Source of the DNA: Burkholderiaceae bacterium | GTDB lineage: Bacteria > Pseudomonadota > Gammaproteobacteria > Burkholderiales > Burkholderiaceae_A | Direction of reading: 5' to 3' | Assembly (NCBI GenBank): GCA_018882795.1 | Contig: VERJ01000002.1 | Coordinates: 12,049-76,048, forward strand | Length of the DNA stretch: 64,000 bases | Shown here: in pieces, positions 54,884-64,000 of the stretch | Layout: every line of letters starts with the position of its first letter | Position numbering within the stretch: the first letter of the stretch is position 1 | The notes under the pieces: model-generated | The model's database searches: none | Told to the model about the DNA's origin: nothing | The model's input: only the letters and a program-made list of their open reading frames with translations | Made by a program: the position numbers and the translations under genes

Positions 54884-55928
54884 ATTAAGTGCACCCAGAG
54901 GCGTGATTGCAATGGTTGTGGCCTTGCTGACCACCGTGCTGATCGCATGCGCAGCGCTGGCTGTGGATCTGGCCTATGTGTTTGTTGTGCGCAATGAACT
55001 GCAGAATGCGGCCGATGCCGCCGCACTCTCTGGGGCAGGGCGCCTGTATACCAACAACTCCGGCCCGAATTGGAGTGATGCCGAACTGCAGGCAGCCACA
55101 GTGACACAACTCAATCGTAGTGAGTATCGGGCGATTCAGGATCCTGAGATCACTGTCGGTTACTGGTCTGGTGGTGCAACCCCACCCGCGATGGAGTCAT
55201 CCGGTACCACACCGTCCGCAGGTGATTTGGCCGCCGTCATGGTGAGAATTCAAAAGGTTCAGGCCAATCGTAATGGTCCGGTCCGCCCCCTTTTCGCCAC
55301 TGTGATGGGGAAAAAAGAAATCGAGGTGGGTGCGATGGCGATTGCCGCCGTCGGTTCGCCCAGCTATGTTGGTGAGCATGCCTTATTTCCTTTTGTCATG
55401 AGTAAGTGCATGTATGACACCTACTGGAATGCATCAGCTTCTCCGCCGGGGCCCAGGAATGACCCAAAGACTGGCCAGCCCTATGTGTTTGTGATTGAGC
55501 CAGAGCCCAAAAAACCTGGTACTCAGCCGTGCGAGACGGGGGGGCGTGGGGTCTGGACAACTTTTTTTAATGTCAACGCGGGTACAAATGTAGTCAAGGA
55601 TTTAATCACTACATTTAATTTGGAGCCTCTGAAAATTGGCGATCAAATCTGGATTCCCTCGGGTATTACTGCCGTCAATTATGGGTTGACGCAGGCCTGC
55701 TCTGAGGCAGGCAACGGCTCCTGCGGTGTTGTCTCGGTTGCCGTTGTACAGGATCTACTGCAAAAGACCAATGCCACAGTTGTTGGGTTCTCCTGCTTGA
55801 AGATCAAGGATGCCAATCAGGGTAATAAAACCCTTACGGTGCAGATGACCAAGAACTGTGTGCCACCTGGTTCGGGTGGAAGTGGCCCAGACTACGGCAG
55901 CCGCACACCACCCCGGCTGGTGAACTGA
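54876..55928 (+). CDS. TadG-like pilus assembly protein
   Basis: The N-terminus GVIAMVVALLTTVLIACAALAVDLAYVFVVRNELQNAADAAALSGA is typical of the TadG/Tad_N family. The protein is 350 aa. Confidence 0.75.
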   Translation: MNKLSAPRGVIAMVVALLTTVLIACAALAVDLAYVFVVRNELQNAADAAALSGAGRLYTNNSGPNWSDAELQAATVTQLNRSEYRAIQDPEITVGYWSGGATPPAMESSGTTPSAGDLAAVMVRIQKVQANRNGPVRPLFATVMGKKEIEVGAMAIAAVGSPSYVGEHALFPFVMSKCMYDTYWNASASPPGPRNDPKTGQPYVFVIEPEPKKPGTQPCETGGRGVWTTFFNVNAGTNVVKDLITTFNLEPLKIGDQIWIPSGITAVNYGLTQACSEAGNGSCGVVSVAVVQDLLQKTNATVVGFSCLKIKDANQGNKTLTVQMTKNCVPPGSGGSGPDYGSRTPPRLVN

Positions 55929-55930
55929 CG

Positions 55931-56335
55931 TCAGGGTGTTTTAGGGGAACAGGAAGGCCTGTCTTTCGCGGATATCAGCAGAAAGACGGCTGCCGCAGCC
56001 AGCAGGCCCCAGGCAACGCGACGCAGCACAGGAGAATGTTTCAAAATTCCGGCAATGGTCCTCGCGATGCGCAATCCTGGTGACAGAGATGCTGCATTGA
56101 TGCTTGGGTTGGATGAGTCCGCGTGCAAAAGGCTTTGAGAAAACGACCGTAGATTGAATCGCAATAGGCTCAACAGCAGAATATGCAGCAGGAAGTAGCT
56201 GAGACCAATGGCGGCAATCACAGTGGTGGTGATCACCGCGTTGCCAAAGCTGAGCAATAAGATGATCCAGGTCAGGAAAGACAGCGCGGCGGCTGCCAGT
56301 CCTGATAATAAGACGATCAGATACAGTGAAAGCAC
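55931..56335 (-). CDS. hypothetical membrane protein downstream of elaB-like gene
   Basis: ORF 55931..56410 overlaps the elaB-like gene by 67 nt if the GTG at 56410 is used. An in-frame GTG at 56335 is a possible start. It has 3-4 hydrophobic helices. Confidence 0.4.
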   Translation of the reverse strand: MLSLYLIVLLSGLAAAALSFLTWIILLLSFGNAVITTTVIAAIGLSYFLLHILLLSLLRFNLRSFSQSLLHADSSNPSINAASLSPGLRIARTIAGILKHSPVLRRVAWGLLAAAAVFLLISAKDRPSCSPKTP

Positions 56336-56343
56336 TATATGGC

Positions 56344-56646
56344 TTAGCGGCGCGTCAGCAGCATGCCCAACAACACCCCAATCCCCGTGGAGATCGCGAC
56401 AGCGGTCCACGGCTTTTCGTGTACATAGTGATCGGTAGTGTTGGCAAATTGTTTTCCGCGTGCTACTGCTGACTGTTGGAAGCTCTGCAGGTTGTTGATC
56501 GCCTGCTGCAGCAGTGACGCACCCTGGGCACAGAGCTCAGTGGCCTGTTCAGCGCCGGCATCCGAGGCATCTTTAAATAGCATTTGAGCGTCATTAATCA
56601 AGGTTTGGACATCTTTCTTGAGCACTTCCATATTCGCGTTTGTCAT
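56344..56646 (-). CDS. DUF883 (ElaB/YqjD) family membrane-anchored protein
   Basis: 100 aa with a helical N-terminus and HEKPWTAVAISTGIGVLLGMLLTRR, the typical C-terminal anchor. Confidence 0.8.
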   Translation of the reverse strand: MTNANMEVLKKDVQTLINDAQMLFKDASDAGAEQATELCAQGASLLQQAINNLQSFQQSAVARGKQFANTTDHYVHEKPWTAVAISTGIGVLLGMLLTRR

Positions 56647-56708
56647 AAACTAGCCTCCAGGTGTTGACAGTGTTCGATCAACGACTGTAAGGGGAGCTAA
56701 CCGCGCAA

Positions 56709-59249
56709 TTGCACGGTCAGAGTGGAAATCAATTGAATCGCTTTAATGCAATTCCTGGGGGTCTGAGCGAATCTGAAGCAGCTTTCCGCCTGGCACGAGA
56801 TGGCCCCAATCTGTTGCCCCAGGCGGGGGCGCGTTCGCTTATGCGTATTGCGCTCAGTGTGCTGCGCGAGCCGGTTTTCCAGCTGCTGTTAGCTGCCGGC
56901 CTGCTGTACTTCTTTTTGGGTGAGTTAATTGATGCCCTGGTGCTGTCGGTTTTTGTGCTGCTAAGTGCTGCAATTTCAATTATTCAGCAAAAACGCGCTG
57001 ATCGGGTGATGGAAAGCCTGCGGCATCTTTCCGCACCGCGTGCCATTGTGATCCGTGGGGGTATCCAGCGGCGTATTCCAGCGCGAGCGTTAGTGAGGGG
57101 CGATCTGATCTTGCTTTCGGAAGGTGATCGTGTGGCTGCTGATGCGATATTGCTTGAGTCGCGGGAACTCCAAGTAGATGAATCTTTGCTTACTGGCGAG
57201 TCCGTTCCGGTTGAGAAATCCGAGCTGCGGCAGGAGGAAGCCTGCCGTGTATTTCTCGGTACGCTGGTGGTGCGGGGTCGTGGAGTGGCACAGGTAACAG
57301 CAACGGGGGTGGCCACGGAGTTTGGCAGGATCGGTCTGTCAGTGCAGCGCATTGAGGAGCGCCCAGGACGCCTTTCGCTCGATATCAGAAAGCTCGTGAA
57401 ATTTTTCACGCTGTCGGCGATCCTGGTCAGTATTCTGGTGTTTCTGTTCTATTGGCGCTCAACCAACGATTGGGTCACCGCCGCACTTTCTGGGATCACT
57501 GCAGCTATGGGCCTGATCCCTGAGGAATTTGCGGTGGTGTTGACGGCCTTCATGGCGATGGGCGCGTGGCGGCTATCTCGGCATGAGGTGCTTACGCGTC
57601 AGAGCAGTGCAATTGAGACCCTCGGGGCCGCTACTGTGCTCTGCACGGATAAGACTGGCACGCTGACTCTGAATGAAATGCGCGTGGTGGCGGTCTCCCC
57701 TTTGGGGGATGGAATCGTTGATATCGGGAGCATCGATCCCGCGTCAGTCAAGCAATTCATGCGGCATGCGGTATTGGCCTGCGAGCCCAATCCACTGGAC
57801 CCTATGGAGAAGGCGATCCATGCGCTGTACCAGGTTCACTATGATGTGCCCCCCAGCGCTAAGCCAGGGGCAATCGTCAGGGCTTATGGTCTGTCGCCCG
57901 AGTTCTCTGCCATGACGAATGTCTGGCCAGGCCCAACCGATGGACTGCAGGCTGCGGTGATGAAAGGGGCCCCAGAGGTAGTGCTGCAGTGTTGTGGTCT
58001 TACGCCATCGCGCGCTGCTGAGATTTTGCAGACCGCAAGCCGGATGGCCGACCGCGGTTTGCGGGTTCTGGCGGTAGCGGCGCGGGACCTGAGATCCGCT
58101 GAATTGCCAGATCACCAGTGTGATCTTGATCTGGATTTTGTAGGATTGATCGGTCTGGCAGATCCTCTGCGGCCATCCGTGCCTGCTGCGGTTCTGCAAT
58201 GCAGGAGTGCAGGCATTCGGGTCGTGATGATCACTGGAGATTATCCGGCTACTGCAGTTGCAATCGCTCAGCAGGCAGGGATTCTCTCGGAGCAGGATGA
58301 TCCTGATCGCGTGTTGATGACTGGCGAGCAGCTCGATCAGATGCCGGATGGTGCATTGGCCAGTCGCATCCAACAGGTTCTGGTATTTGCACGGATCAAG
58401 CCGATTCAGAAATTGCGCATTGTGCAGATGCTGCAGCAGGCAGGTGAGGTGGTGGGTATGACGGGCGATGGCGTGAATGATGCGCCCGCCCTGAAGGCGG
58501 CTGATATCGGTATTGCCATGGGTGTCCGAGGCACTGATGTCGCCCGCGAGGCCGCGGTCCTGGTGCTCCTGCAGGAGGACTTTGGCGCTATTGTGAAAGC
58601 GATTGCCCGTGGTCGGCAGATCTATGCGAATCTACGCAAGGCAGTGGGATTCATTGTCTCGATCCATATCCCGATCGCAGGACTCGCGGTATTGCCAGTA
58701 TTGCTCGGTCTTCCGCCGGTGTTTTTTCCTGTACACATCGCCTTTATGGAGATGGTGATTGATCCTGCGGGATCGTTTGTGTACGAATCAGAGGTTGCCG
58801 ATGCGGATTTAATGCAGCGCCCACCCCGCTCACGCGAGGAGTTTATTTATCCCTTGCCGTTAATGACGAAAAGCATGTTGCAGGGTCTGCTGGTCTTGGC
58901 CATGACACTGGCCGCCTATTTGGTGGTGCGTTCTTTGCACGCCGATGAGACCTTGGTGCGAGGCATGGTTTTCGTCGGTCTCGTTGCCTCGGGGCTGGCG
59001 ATCATCTCTATTAATATGCATCGTCGGCATGGTCTTCAGATACTGGGCAGAGAAGCCAATCCCGCCTTCCTGCTGATCGTGGCGGCCACACTCATGATTC
59101 TCAGCCTGCTCTTTCTTGTGCCCACCCTGCGGGAAGTTTTTCACTTTGGTGCGCTGTCGCCGTTGCTGTTTATCTCTGCCTTGGGGTTTGGTCTGGTGAA
59201 TTACGGCCTGCTGCGGATCACCGAGGGCATTTTTCCGGCCCGGGGCTGA
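56709..59249 (+). CDS. cation-transporting P-type ATPase (P2-type, Ca2+/Mg2+-like)
   Basis: It has an N-terminal cation_ATPase_N region (LSESEAAFRLARDGPNLLP), TGES, CTDKTGTLT, MITGD and GDGVNDAPALKAADIGIAMG. It starts at TTG. Confidence 0.9.
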   Translation: MHGQSGNQLNRFNAIPGGLSESEAAFRLARDGPNLLPQAGARSLMRIALSVLREPVFQLLLAAGLLYFFLGELIDALVLSVFVLLSAAISIIQQKRADRVMESLRHLSAPRAIVIRGGIQRRIPARALVRGDLILLSEGDRVAADAILLESRELQVDESLLTGESVPVEKSELRQEEACRVFLGTLVVRGRGVAQVTATGVATEFGRIGLSVQRIEERPGRLSLDIRKLVKFFTLSAILVSILVFLFYWRSTNDWVTAALSGITAAMGLIPEEFAVVLTAFMAMGAWRLSRHEVLTRQSSAIETLGAATVLCTDKTGTLTLNEMRVVAVSPLGDGIVDIGSIDPASVKQFMRHAVLACEPNPLDPMEKAIHALYQVHYDVPPSAKPGAIVRAYGLSPEFSAMTNVWPGPTDGLQAAVMKGAPEVVLQCCGLTPSRAAEILQTASRMADRGLRVLAVAARDLRSAELPDHQCDLDLDFVGLIGLADPLRPSVPAAVLQCRSAGIRVVMITGDYPATAVAIAQQAGILSEQDDPDRVLMTGEQLDQMPDGALASRIQQVLVFARIKPIQKLRIVQMLQQAGEVVGMTGDGVNDAPALKAADIGIAMGVRGTDVAREAAVLVLLQEDFGAIVKAIARGRQIYANLRKAVGFIVSIHIPIAGLAVLPVLLGLPPVFFPVHIAFMEMVIDPAGSFVYESEVADADLMQRPPRSREEFIYPLPLMTKSMLQGLLVLAMTLAAYLVVRSLHADETLVRGMVFVGLVASGLAIISINMHRRHGLQILGREANPAFLLIVAATLMILSLLFLVPTLREVFHFGALSPLLFISALGFGLVNYGLLRITEGIFPARG

Positions 59250-59294
59250 GGCCCGATAATAGGCCTTTGCTGATGCGATCAGGAAAGGTATTCC

Positions 59295-60893
59295 ATGCAG
59301 GCATTGTCCGATATCAAGACCGTCGATTTTAGTTTTGTGCGCAGTCGCTTGCTCAACCGACAAGAGATTGCACTGCTGGATGTTCGCGAAGAGGATCCCC
59401 ATGCCCAGGCCCATCCCCTGTTTGCTGCGAATTTCCCGCTCTCTCGGCTGGAAGTTGATGCTTATGCAAAGCTGCCCAATCGGAGGGTGCCTGTGGTGAC
59501 GATCGATGCCGGTGAGGGCCTTGCGGAGATTGCGGCCAGGCGGCTTGTGGGTCTGGGCTATCGGCAGGTGGCAGTGTTTTCAGGAGGGGTGGCCGCATGG
59601 GCTGCGGCTGGGGGAGAACTCTTTCGCGATGTCAATGTACCCAGCAAGAGTTTCGGCGAATTTGTCGAGGCCCATTGCCACACCCCATCGCTTTCGGCAC
59701 AGGAGGTCAAGGCACTACTGGATAGAAATGAAGATGTCGTGGTGGTGGATGTCCGCCGATTTGACGAATACCAGACGATGAATATCCCAAGCGGCATCAG
59801 TGTCCCCGGTGCCGAGTTGGTGCTTCGGGTGCCGGAATTGGCCATTCGGCCCAATACCCGTGTGATTGTGAATTGTGCGGGCCGCACCCGCAGCATTATT
59901 GGCACACAGTCTCTTGTCAACGCAGGTATTCCAAATCCAGTCTCTGCCTTGCGTAACGGCACCATCGGCTGGACGCTTGCGGGACAAGTACTCGAGACTG
60001 GCGCATCGCGCCGATTCTCAGAGCCAAGTCCTGAAACGCTGCGGATTGCACAGGCACGCTCCCAAGCGGTTGCGGATCGTGCCGGCGTGAAGCGCGGTAG
60101 CCTTGCCGATCTTGTGGTTTGGCGTGCAGATCAGCAGCGCACCACCTATTACTTTGATCCCCGCACGCCGGAGGAGTACGAGCGGGGCCATCTGCCGGGA
60201 TTCCGTTCAGCACCCGGTGGCCAGCTGGTGCAGGAAACCGAAATGGTTGCGCCGGTGCGTGGCGCACGCATTGTGCTGGCCGATATTCACGGTGTGCGTG
60301 CCAATATGACGGCCTCATGGCTTGCGCAGATGGCATGGGAAGTCGTGGTGATCGATGGTCTGACCGAATCTGATCTCTCGGAGCAGGGGCCATGGCAGCC
60401 ACCACTGCCGCCGATGCCGGCAGTCACGTGGATCACCGCCCAGGAGCTCTGGCAGCAGATGAAGACATCGTCCGATCTTGTGTTGATCGATTTCAGTACC
60501 CATGCCCACTATGTGCGTGGTCATATTCCTGGCGCTTGGTATGCCCTGCGGTCACAGCTTGCAAAAGCCATGGAGGCCATCCCTGTATCGTCGCATCTGG
60601 TGTTGACCGCATCTCAGGAAGCGCTTGCATGCTTTGCAGCGGAAGATGTCCGCGCAGCGGCCAGATCGGCTAGGGTGAGCGTGTTAAAAGGCGGCAACGC
60701 TGCCTGGCAGGCGGCCGGCCTTGAAATAGAGACTGGGCCAACCTGTCTGGCCTCCCCGCCCATTGATCGCTATCGGCGCCCCTATGAGGGCACAACGGTT
60801 GAACCCGCCGCCATGCAGGCCTATCTGGATTGGGAGTTCGGCCTTGTCGAGCAACTCAGCCGCGATGGCACCCATCACTTTCGTGTGATCTGA
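59295..60893 (+). CDS. multi-domain rhodanese-like sulfurtransferase
   Basis: It has four rhodanese-like repeats. Only one has an intact active-site loop (VNCAGRTRS). Confidence 0.7.
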   Translation: MQALSDIKTVDFSFVRSRLLNRQEIALLDVREEDPHAQAHPLFAANFPLSRLEVDAYAKLPNRRVPVVTIDAGEGLAEIAARRLVGLGYRQVAVFSGGVAAWAAAGGELFRDVNVPSKSFGEFVEAHCHTPSLSAQEVKALLDRNEDVVVVDVRRFDEYQTMNIPSGISVPGAELVLRVPELAIRPNTRVIVNCAGRTRSIIGTQSLVNAGIPNPVSALRNGTIGWTLAGQVLETGASRRFSEPSPETLRIAQARSQAVADRAGVKRGSLADLVVWRADQQRTTYYFDPRTPEEYERGHLPGFRSAPGGQLVQETEMVAPVRGARIVLADIHGVRANMTASWLAQMAWEVVVIDGLTESDLSEQGPWQPPLPPMPAVTWITAQELWQQMKTSSDLVLIDFSTHAHYVRGHIPGAWYALRSQLAKAMEAIPVSSHLVLTASQEALACFAAEDVRAAARSARVSVLKGGNAAWQAAGLEIETGPTCLASPPIDRYRRPYEGTTVEPAAMQAYLDWEFGLVEQLSRDGTHHFRVI

Positions 60894-61798
60894 GCCTTGA
60901 TCCAGCCGTAGCCGCTGACCATGACAATGCCGGTCAGCACAAGCACTGCGCCAACCATGAAACTAAGCTCAAGCGGCTCATTGAGTAGCCAGACACCGAA
61001 GGCGACGCCAAAAAGTGGTGTAAGAAATGAAAATACTCCGAGCTGAGAGGCCATGTAGTGCCGCAGCAGCCAGAACCAGGCCAGATAGCTTGCAAAGCAC
61101 ACCACAACAGACTGAAAAATCATGCTGGTCCAGGCGATGGCTGTCCAGCGGATTGTGGTTTGATCAAGCAAGATGGTGGCAATAACGAGCAGAACAAAGG
61201 CGACTGCCAGTTGATAGAGCAGGGTTTGTGCAGCTGATACCCTTGCCAGTCTGGAGCAACGTACTGCCACTGTGGTAGCCCCCCAGACCATACCTGCAGC
61301 GACGGCCAGCAGATCACCGAAGAGCATATCTGCCGTATTGATTTCAGGGCCGACGCCCGAACGCATAAGGAATGTGATTGCAATGCCCGAGAACGCTAGA
61401 CCAATACCGGCCCATTGAATCATTCCCAGGCGCTCGGAGGGCATGAGCCAGTGCAGTCCCAGCGCAGCAAAGATAGGGGCCGTGTACAAAAACACGGCCA
61501 TGTGCGAGGCCGTAGTGAATCGCAGCCCTTCACCCACCAGCAAGAACTCCAGTGCAAAAAGCACACCTACCAAGAGTCCCGGCTTCCAGGTACCACCGGC
61601 AAGCTCAAGCCGTTCTTTTCTGGCCACCATCAGCAGTGTTACAAGCACCGCAGCCACTCCCGAGCGCAGCGCGATCTGCATCAGCGGGGTCACATCGGCG
61701 GCTGCCATTTTCAACACCACCTGGGTAAGGCCCCAAATCAGGCAGAGCACTACCATCAGGCCAATTGAGGTTGGATCAAGCGATTTTCTACTGTCCAT
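60875..61798 (-). CDS. EamA/DMT family transporter
   Basis: ORF 60875..61882 is trimmed to ATG 61798 (MDSRKSLDPTSIGLMVVLCLIWGLTQVVLK). It has 10 TM segments. Confidence 0.75.
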   Translation of the reverse strand: MDSRKSLDPTSIGLMVVLCLIWGLTQVVLKMAAADVTPLMQIALRSGVAAVLVTLLMVARKERLELAGGTWKPGLLVGVLFALEFLLVGEGLRFTTASHMAVFLYTAPIFAALGLHWLMPSERLGMIQWAGIGLAFSGIAITFLMRSGVGPEINTADMLFGDLLAVAAGMVWGATTVAVRCSRLARVSAAQTLLYQLAVAFVLLVIATILLDQTTIRWTAIAWTSMIFQSVVVCFASYLAWFWLLRHYMASQLGVFSFLTPLFGVAFGVWLLNEPLELSFMVGAVLVLTGIVMVSGYGWIKAQITRK

Positions 61799-61974
61799 AG
61801 CTTTTGCATTGTAGCTTTTGTCGCGATACAACTTCTGATGGTGCGATGGGTCCGGCAGCTGTGTGCCGATTTGAAACCACACTTACGCTGTGCACCATCG
61901 GATATGCCTGTGCTTTACAGTGCAGCAACTGGAGTCGTCTGATTTCGCTATTAATTTAATTTTTGGAGAGCACC

Positions 61975-62511
61975 ATGGCAGAAGCAATCCCCCAGTTCGG
62001 TGAAATGATGTTCAAGTCTGCAGCGCAAACATGTTCTGATGTCGCTGCTGCAACATTTAAGGGTATGGAAAAAATGGCCCATGTCCAGTTAAATGTGGCA
62101 CGCGAAACGCTCAACCACAGCGCCGAGAGCATGAAGGCTCTGACCTCGGCCAAAAGCCCTCAGGACATCATGAAAGTGCAGGCAGCCATGGCAAAATTGT
62201 CGATGGAGAGTTTGACAGCGTTGACCGGTGCGGCCTGCGGCATTGGGGTGGAGACCGCCAAGGCGCTCTCCCAAATGCAGGAGGCCCAGGTCGCGGAGTT
62301 CGGTGAACGTATTCATAACGCGATCGAGCAGTTCGCAAAATATGCACCCGCCGGATCAGAGAGCAGTGTGGCTTTGGCCCGATCGGCATGGAATGCGGCG
62401 GGTCAGGCATTTGAGACCGCCACCAATGCCACCCGCCAGGCCATTGCAGCAGCCGAAAGGAATGTGGAATCAGTTGGTAAAGTCAGCCTGAACCTTGTGA
62501 AGTCAGCTTAG
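61975..62511 (+). CDS. phaP: phasin (PHA granule-associated protein)
   Basis: It is a phasin-like helical protein (FGEMMFKSAAQTCSDVAAATFKGMEKMAHVQLNVARETLNHSAESMKAL). The start is ATG 61975. Confidence 0.7.
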   Translation: MAEAIPQFGEMMFKSAAQTCSDVAAATFKGMEKMAHVQLNVARETLNHSAESMKALTSAKSPQDIMKVQAAMAKLSMESLTALTGAACGIGVETAKALSQMQEAQVAEFGERIHNAIEQFAKYAPAGSESSVALARSAWNAAGQAFETATNATRQAIAAAERNVESVGKVSLNLVKSA

Positions 62512-62586
62512 ACCCTGTCGGCAGCTTTGATGTAACAATCGCAGTATTACGGCCCGTGGTGGGCCGATTGCGATTGAGAGTGCATC

Positions 62587-63537
62587 ATGCTGTTTGAACA
62601 ATCACATATCGCCGTCATGGGCGCGGGCGCCGTTGGCTGCTTCTTTGGCGGTCGACTGGCCCGTGCCGGGCGTGCGGTCACCCTGATCGCCCGGCCTGAT
62701 CACGTCCGGGCTATACAGCAGCACGGACTGCGTATGAATTGCCTGGACTTTCAGCAGTCGGTCGTGGTGTCGGCTACCGATGATGTGGCTGCATTGGCCG
62801 ATGTTGATCTGGTGCTGTTATCGGTCAAGTCGCCGGACACCGGGCCTACCATGCTACAGATCAGGCCTTTTCTGAAGCCTGATGCCTGCATTCTGAGTTT
62901 GCAAAACGGCGTAGATAATTGCGACCGTATTCGCCAACTCATAACCCAACCTGCGTACGCGGCGGTAGTTTATGTTGCAGCAGCAATGACCGCACCGGGA
63001 ACACTGAAGCACTTCGGCCGCGGTGAACTGGTGATTGGCGATCCGGGCGCAGCCGTGACAGGGATCGCCCAGGATCAGCTCAATCGCATTAGTGAAATTT
63101 TTCAATCCGCCAGCATTCCCTGTACGATCTCGGCGAATATCAAGCATGAGCTTTGGTTCAAGTTTCTAGTGAATTGTGTCTACAACGGCATTTCGGCAAT
63201 TGCGCAAATTCGGTATGGCGAGATGGTCAAGGTGCCGCAGATTCGAGAGCTTATTGAAGAGCTGACACGCGAGTTCCTGCAGGTGGCCCAGGCTGAAGGG
63301 GTGAACATCACTTGGGAAAACGCCATGGCTGCGAATCAGGCAATCGCGGACACCATGGCGGGCCAGCGTTCATCCACGGCCCAAGATCTGGCACGTAGCA
63401 GGCCAACCGAGATTGATTTCCTAAATGGGTTGATTGTGAAACAAGGCAAGGTCCATGGTATTCCCACACCCGCCCATCAGGCGATTTATGGATTAGTGAA
63501 AATGATGGAGCAAACACCAGCGCGAGGGGAAACATGA
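62587..63537 (+). CDS. panE: 2-dehydropantoate 2-reductase
   Basis: It has an N-terminal Rossmann motif ([21 protein letters not shown]) and an ApbA C-terminal domain ([19 protein letters not shown]). Confidence 0.85.
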   Translation: MLFEQSHIAVMGAGAVGCFFGGRLARAGRAVTLIARPDHVRAIQQHGLRMNCLDFQQSVVVSATDDVAALADVDLVLLSVKSPDTGPTMLQIRPFLKPDACILSLQNGVDNCDRIRQLITQPAYAAVVYVAAAMTAPGTLKHFGRGELVIGDPGAAVTGIAQDQLNRISEIFQSASIPCTISANIKHELWFKFLVNCVYNGISAIAQIRYGEMVKVPQIRELIEELTREFLQVAQAEGVNITWENAMAANQAIADTMAGQRSSTAQDLARSRPTEIDFLNGLIVKQGKVHGIPTPAHQAIYGLVKMMEQTPARGET

Positions 63538-63986
63538 CTTCCGAAAAATATCAGCCTCCAGGCCGAGATCGATTTCGTGCTTTTGAATTAATCCAGACCC
63601 GTTGGCATGACAACGATGTCTATCAGCACGTAAACAACGTGATTTATTACTCTTATTTCGATACCGCCGTAAATAAGGTACTGGTGGATCGTGGGGTGTT
63701 GAATATCGCTAATAGTTCTGTGGTGGGGCTAGTAATCGAGACCCAGTGCAAATACTTTGCGCCGATCGCCTTCCCCGATTTGATCACTGTGGGCATCTGC
63801 ACCACCCACATTGGTAACAGCAGTGTGCGCTATGAAATCGGAATTTTCAGAAATGAAGAGCAGCGGGCCTCGGCTGTGGGACATTTCGTACATGTCTATG
63901 TGGATCGGACCACCAACCGGCCCGTGCCGATTCCAGATGGTGTTCGCGGCGTACTGAATGATTTGAAAGTGTCGGCCAGCAGTTAA
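63534..63986 (+). CDS. acyl-CoA thioesterase (4HBT/hotdog fold)
   Basis: It carries [24 protein letters not shown], a typical 4HBT motif. The protein is 150 aa. Confidence 0.75.
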   Translation: MTSEKYQPPGRDRFRAFELIQTRWHDNDVYQHVNNVIYYSYFDTAVNKVLVDRGVLNIANSSVVGLVIETQCKYFAPIAFPDLITVGICTTHIGNSSVRYEIGIFRNEEQRASAVGHFVHVYVDRTTNRPVPIPDGVRGVLNDLKVSASS

Positions 63987-64000
63987 AAGGTGAGAGAAAG

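Noticed and set aside
35376-55928. Calling the attachment island a mobile element or genomic island with defined ends.
   Set aside because: I could see no integrase, transposase, conjugation gene, flanking tRNA or terminal direct repeats. Only the AT-rich promoter region and the odd cfa junction hint at foreign origin.
62536-62576. Compound hairpin (CAATCGCA...CGGCCC-gtggt-GGGCCG...TGCGATTG) after phaP.
   Set aside because: It could be a terminator or a REP-like element. It has no T-run, and I found no second copy in the window to support a repeat family.

Overview
This 64-kb chromosomal window looks like it comes from a phototrophic betaproteobacterium; that is an inference from Burkholderiales-like gene order only. 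It holds about 70 protein-coding genes and one tRNA-Gly(CCC). I saw no rRNA, CRISPR, transposase or integrase. Positions 1-31.9 kb and 55.9-64 kb are compact housekeeping DNA: azlCD, cytochrome b561/c', rhlE, gluQ, hemL, rubredoxin, photolyase, yqgE-ruvX-pyrB-pyrC', plsC, apaH, algC, waaC-waaA, tetR-pcm-tolC, uppP, trmB, hupB, nadBCA, pgi, fbpA, elaB, P-type ATPase, rhodanese, phasin and panE. Two regions stand out. (1) 31.9-34.3 kb holds a stand-alone pucB-pucA-pucC (LH2 antenna) operon. Its sigma70-like promoter is covered by two perfect TGT-N12-ACA (PpsR/CrtJ-type) palindromes 8 bp apart. The operon also has an internal attenuator hairpin, an unlisted 28-codon transmembrane micro-ORF, and substitutions at two classical LH2 spectral-tuning positions. 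(2) 35.4-55.9 kb is a roughly 20-kb attachment island. It has two paralogous HTH regulators, each divergent from a cargo operon across a shared 17-bp palindrome (TCCACAT-N3-RTGTGGA). The first regulator has a C10 tract inside its putative promoter spacer, a phase-variation candidate. Cargo 1 is a Host_attach/eRF1-like protein, a small ORF and Hsp20. Cargo 2 is 15 co-directional genes: a 1298-aa non-RTX repeat adhesin with dockerin/EF-hand-like DxNDDG loops, a PrtD-type T1SS (ABC, unusually short MFP, TolC-like OMP), a WecB homologue with degenerate catalytic motifs, and a Tad/Flp pilus set lacking TadZ/CpaE. This composite locus is my best candidate for an undescribed system. All calls rest on reading the translations and the sequence by eye; no searches were run.
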